From Squalus acanthias (taxonomy: Eukaryota), in assembly GCA_030390025.1 (NCBI GenBank), contig CM059425.1:173726001-173790000 (forward strand): a DNA stretch of 64,000 nt. Reading direction: 5' to 3'. The notes under the pieces were generated by a model. It was given only the letters and a program-made list of their open reading frames with translations, searched no databases and had not been told where the DNA came from. The first letter of the stretch is position 1. Every line of letters starts with the position of its first letter. Positions 63,215 through 64,000 of this stretch are shown piece by piece. The translations under genes were made by a program, and so were the position numbers.

Positions 63215-64000
63215 TTTATTTCTATCTGGTTGAATCTGTGAGCTGGGTTGTTTACAAATTTGTTTTCATTTGATTGTAAGGTGGCAATTATGCAAATTTT
63301 CTAACATATTACTATCATAAAAATTTACCAACCGCTACCAATTAAAAAAAATCTAGCTACACATAACTGTTTCTCAGAACCTTTTGGTCAATGAGAAAAT
63401 TCAATTCTTGTTGCTTCACTGCTAAGTAGTATTAATATTATGATCAATTGTGCTAACAATATTTAATAGCAGGCAAACTGTTGGCTATATTTTTATCTGC
63501 ATGTTAGCAATAATGCAAAATTTTGAAAACGCCCAACACTGGAGGAGTAGATACTGAGAATTCCTGCAATGCTATTTATAGTGTTTGTCCCATTCCTCCA
63601 TTCAATGAGAGCACTGGTATTGGCTCTATATCACTGTTTCCTTCACTCTAGCATCAACTTAGTAGTGGTGCTATACGGTCATTGAAAATATTTATTTTAA
63701 ACAATGTTCTTCCTAAATATTGATGTTGGTGGAACAAGGTTCCAAAAAACCAAAAAGCCCGATTATCTTTTCCGTTGACTTTATTGGCTCCTTTCCTGAT
63801 TTCTTCATTGCTATCATATACCCAGTGGAATCCCCAGAAAACCATGTGGGAGATGTTACAGGTCCGATACTTATGCTGTGAATGACTCATTTAAATGCCT
63901 GCCTTAGGTGGGAGCTTCTAGTCCCTGACCTTTCTGCTTCAGGAAATGTGTATCATGCATAAACAGGGAGGAGACCTAGAGATGTAGGCCTCTGCTCCTA

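Overview
Vertebrate genomic DNA, most likely a cartilaginous fish (shark-type CR1/HER1, L2, RTE, SacSINE1-like and Harbinger repeats). It is not prokaryotic, and there is no CRISPR, rRNA or true tRNA. Only two host coding exons are recognisable, both on the + strand: the last exon of WDR36 (11531-11680) and the first coding exon of CAMK4 (34070-34188, inside a CpG island). This matches the WDR36-CAMK4 order known in mammals. The rest is WDR36 last intron, intergenic spacer and CAMK4 intron 1, largely filled with nested transposons: LINEs, SINEs, hAT/Tigger/Harbinger MITEs, Harbinger elements with Myb/SANT remnants, one solo LTR and a roughly 1 kb C-rich minisatellite. The most unusual structure is a diverged inverted repeat of about 180 bp bracketing the CAMK4 promoter and exon 1, with its right arm split by a later RTE insertion. 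Also notable is a lone C2H2 zinc-finger unit flanked by a 7-bp direct repeat. I cannot support a wholly new biological system. All calls come from reading by eye, and LINE/SINE boundaries are approximate.
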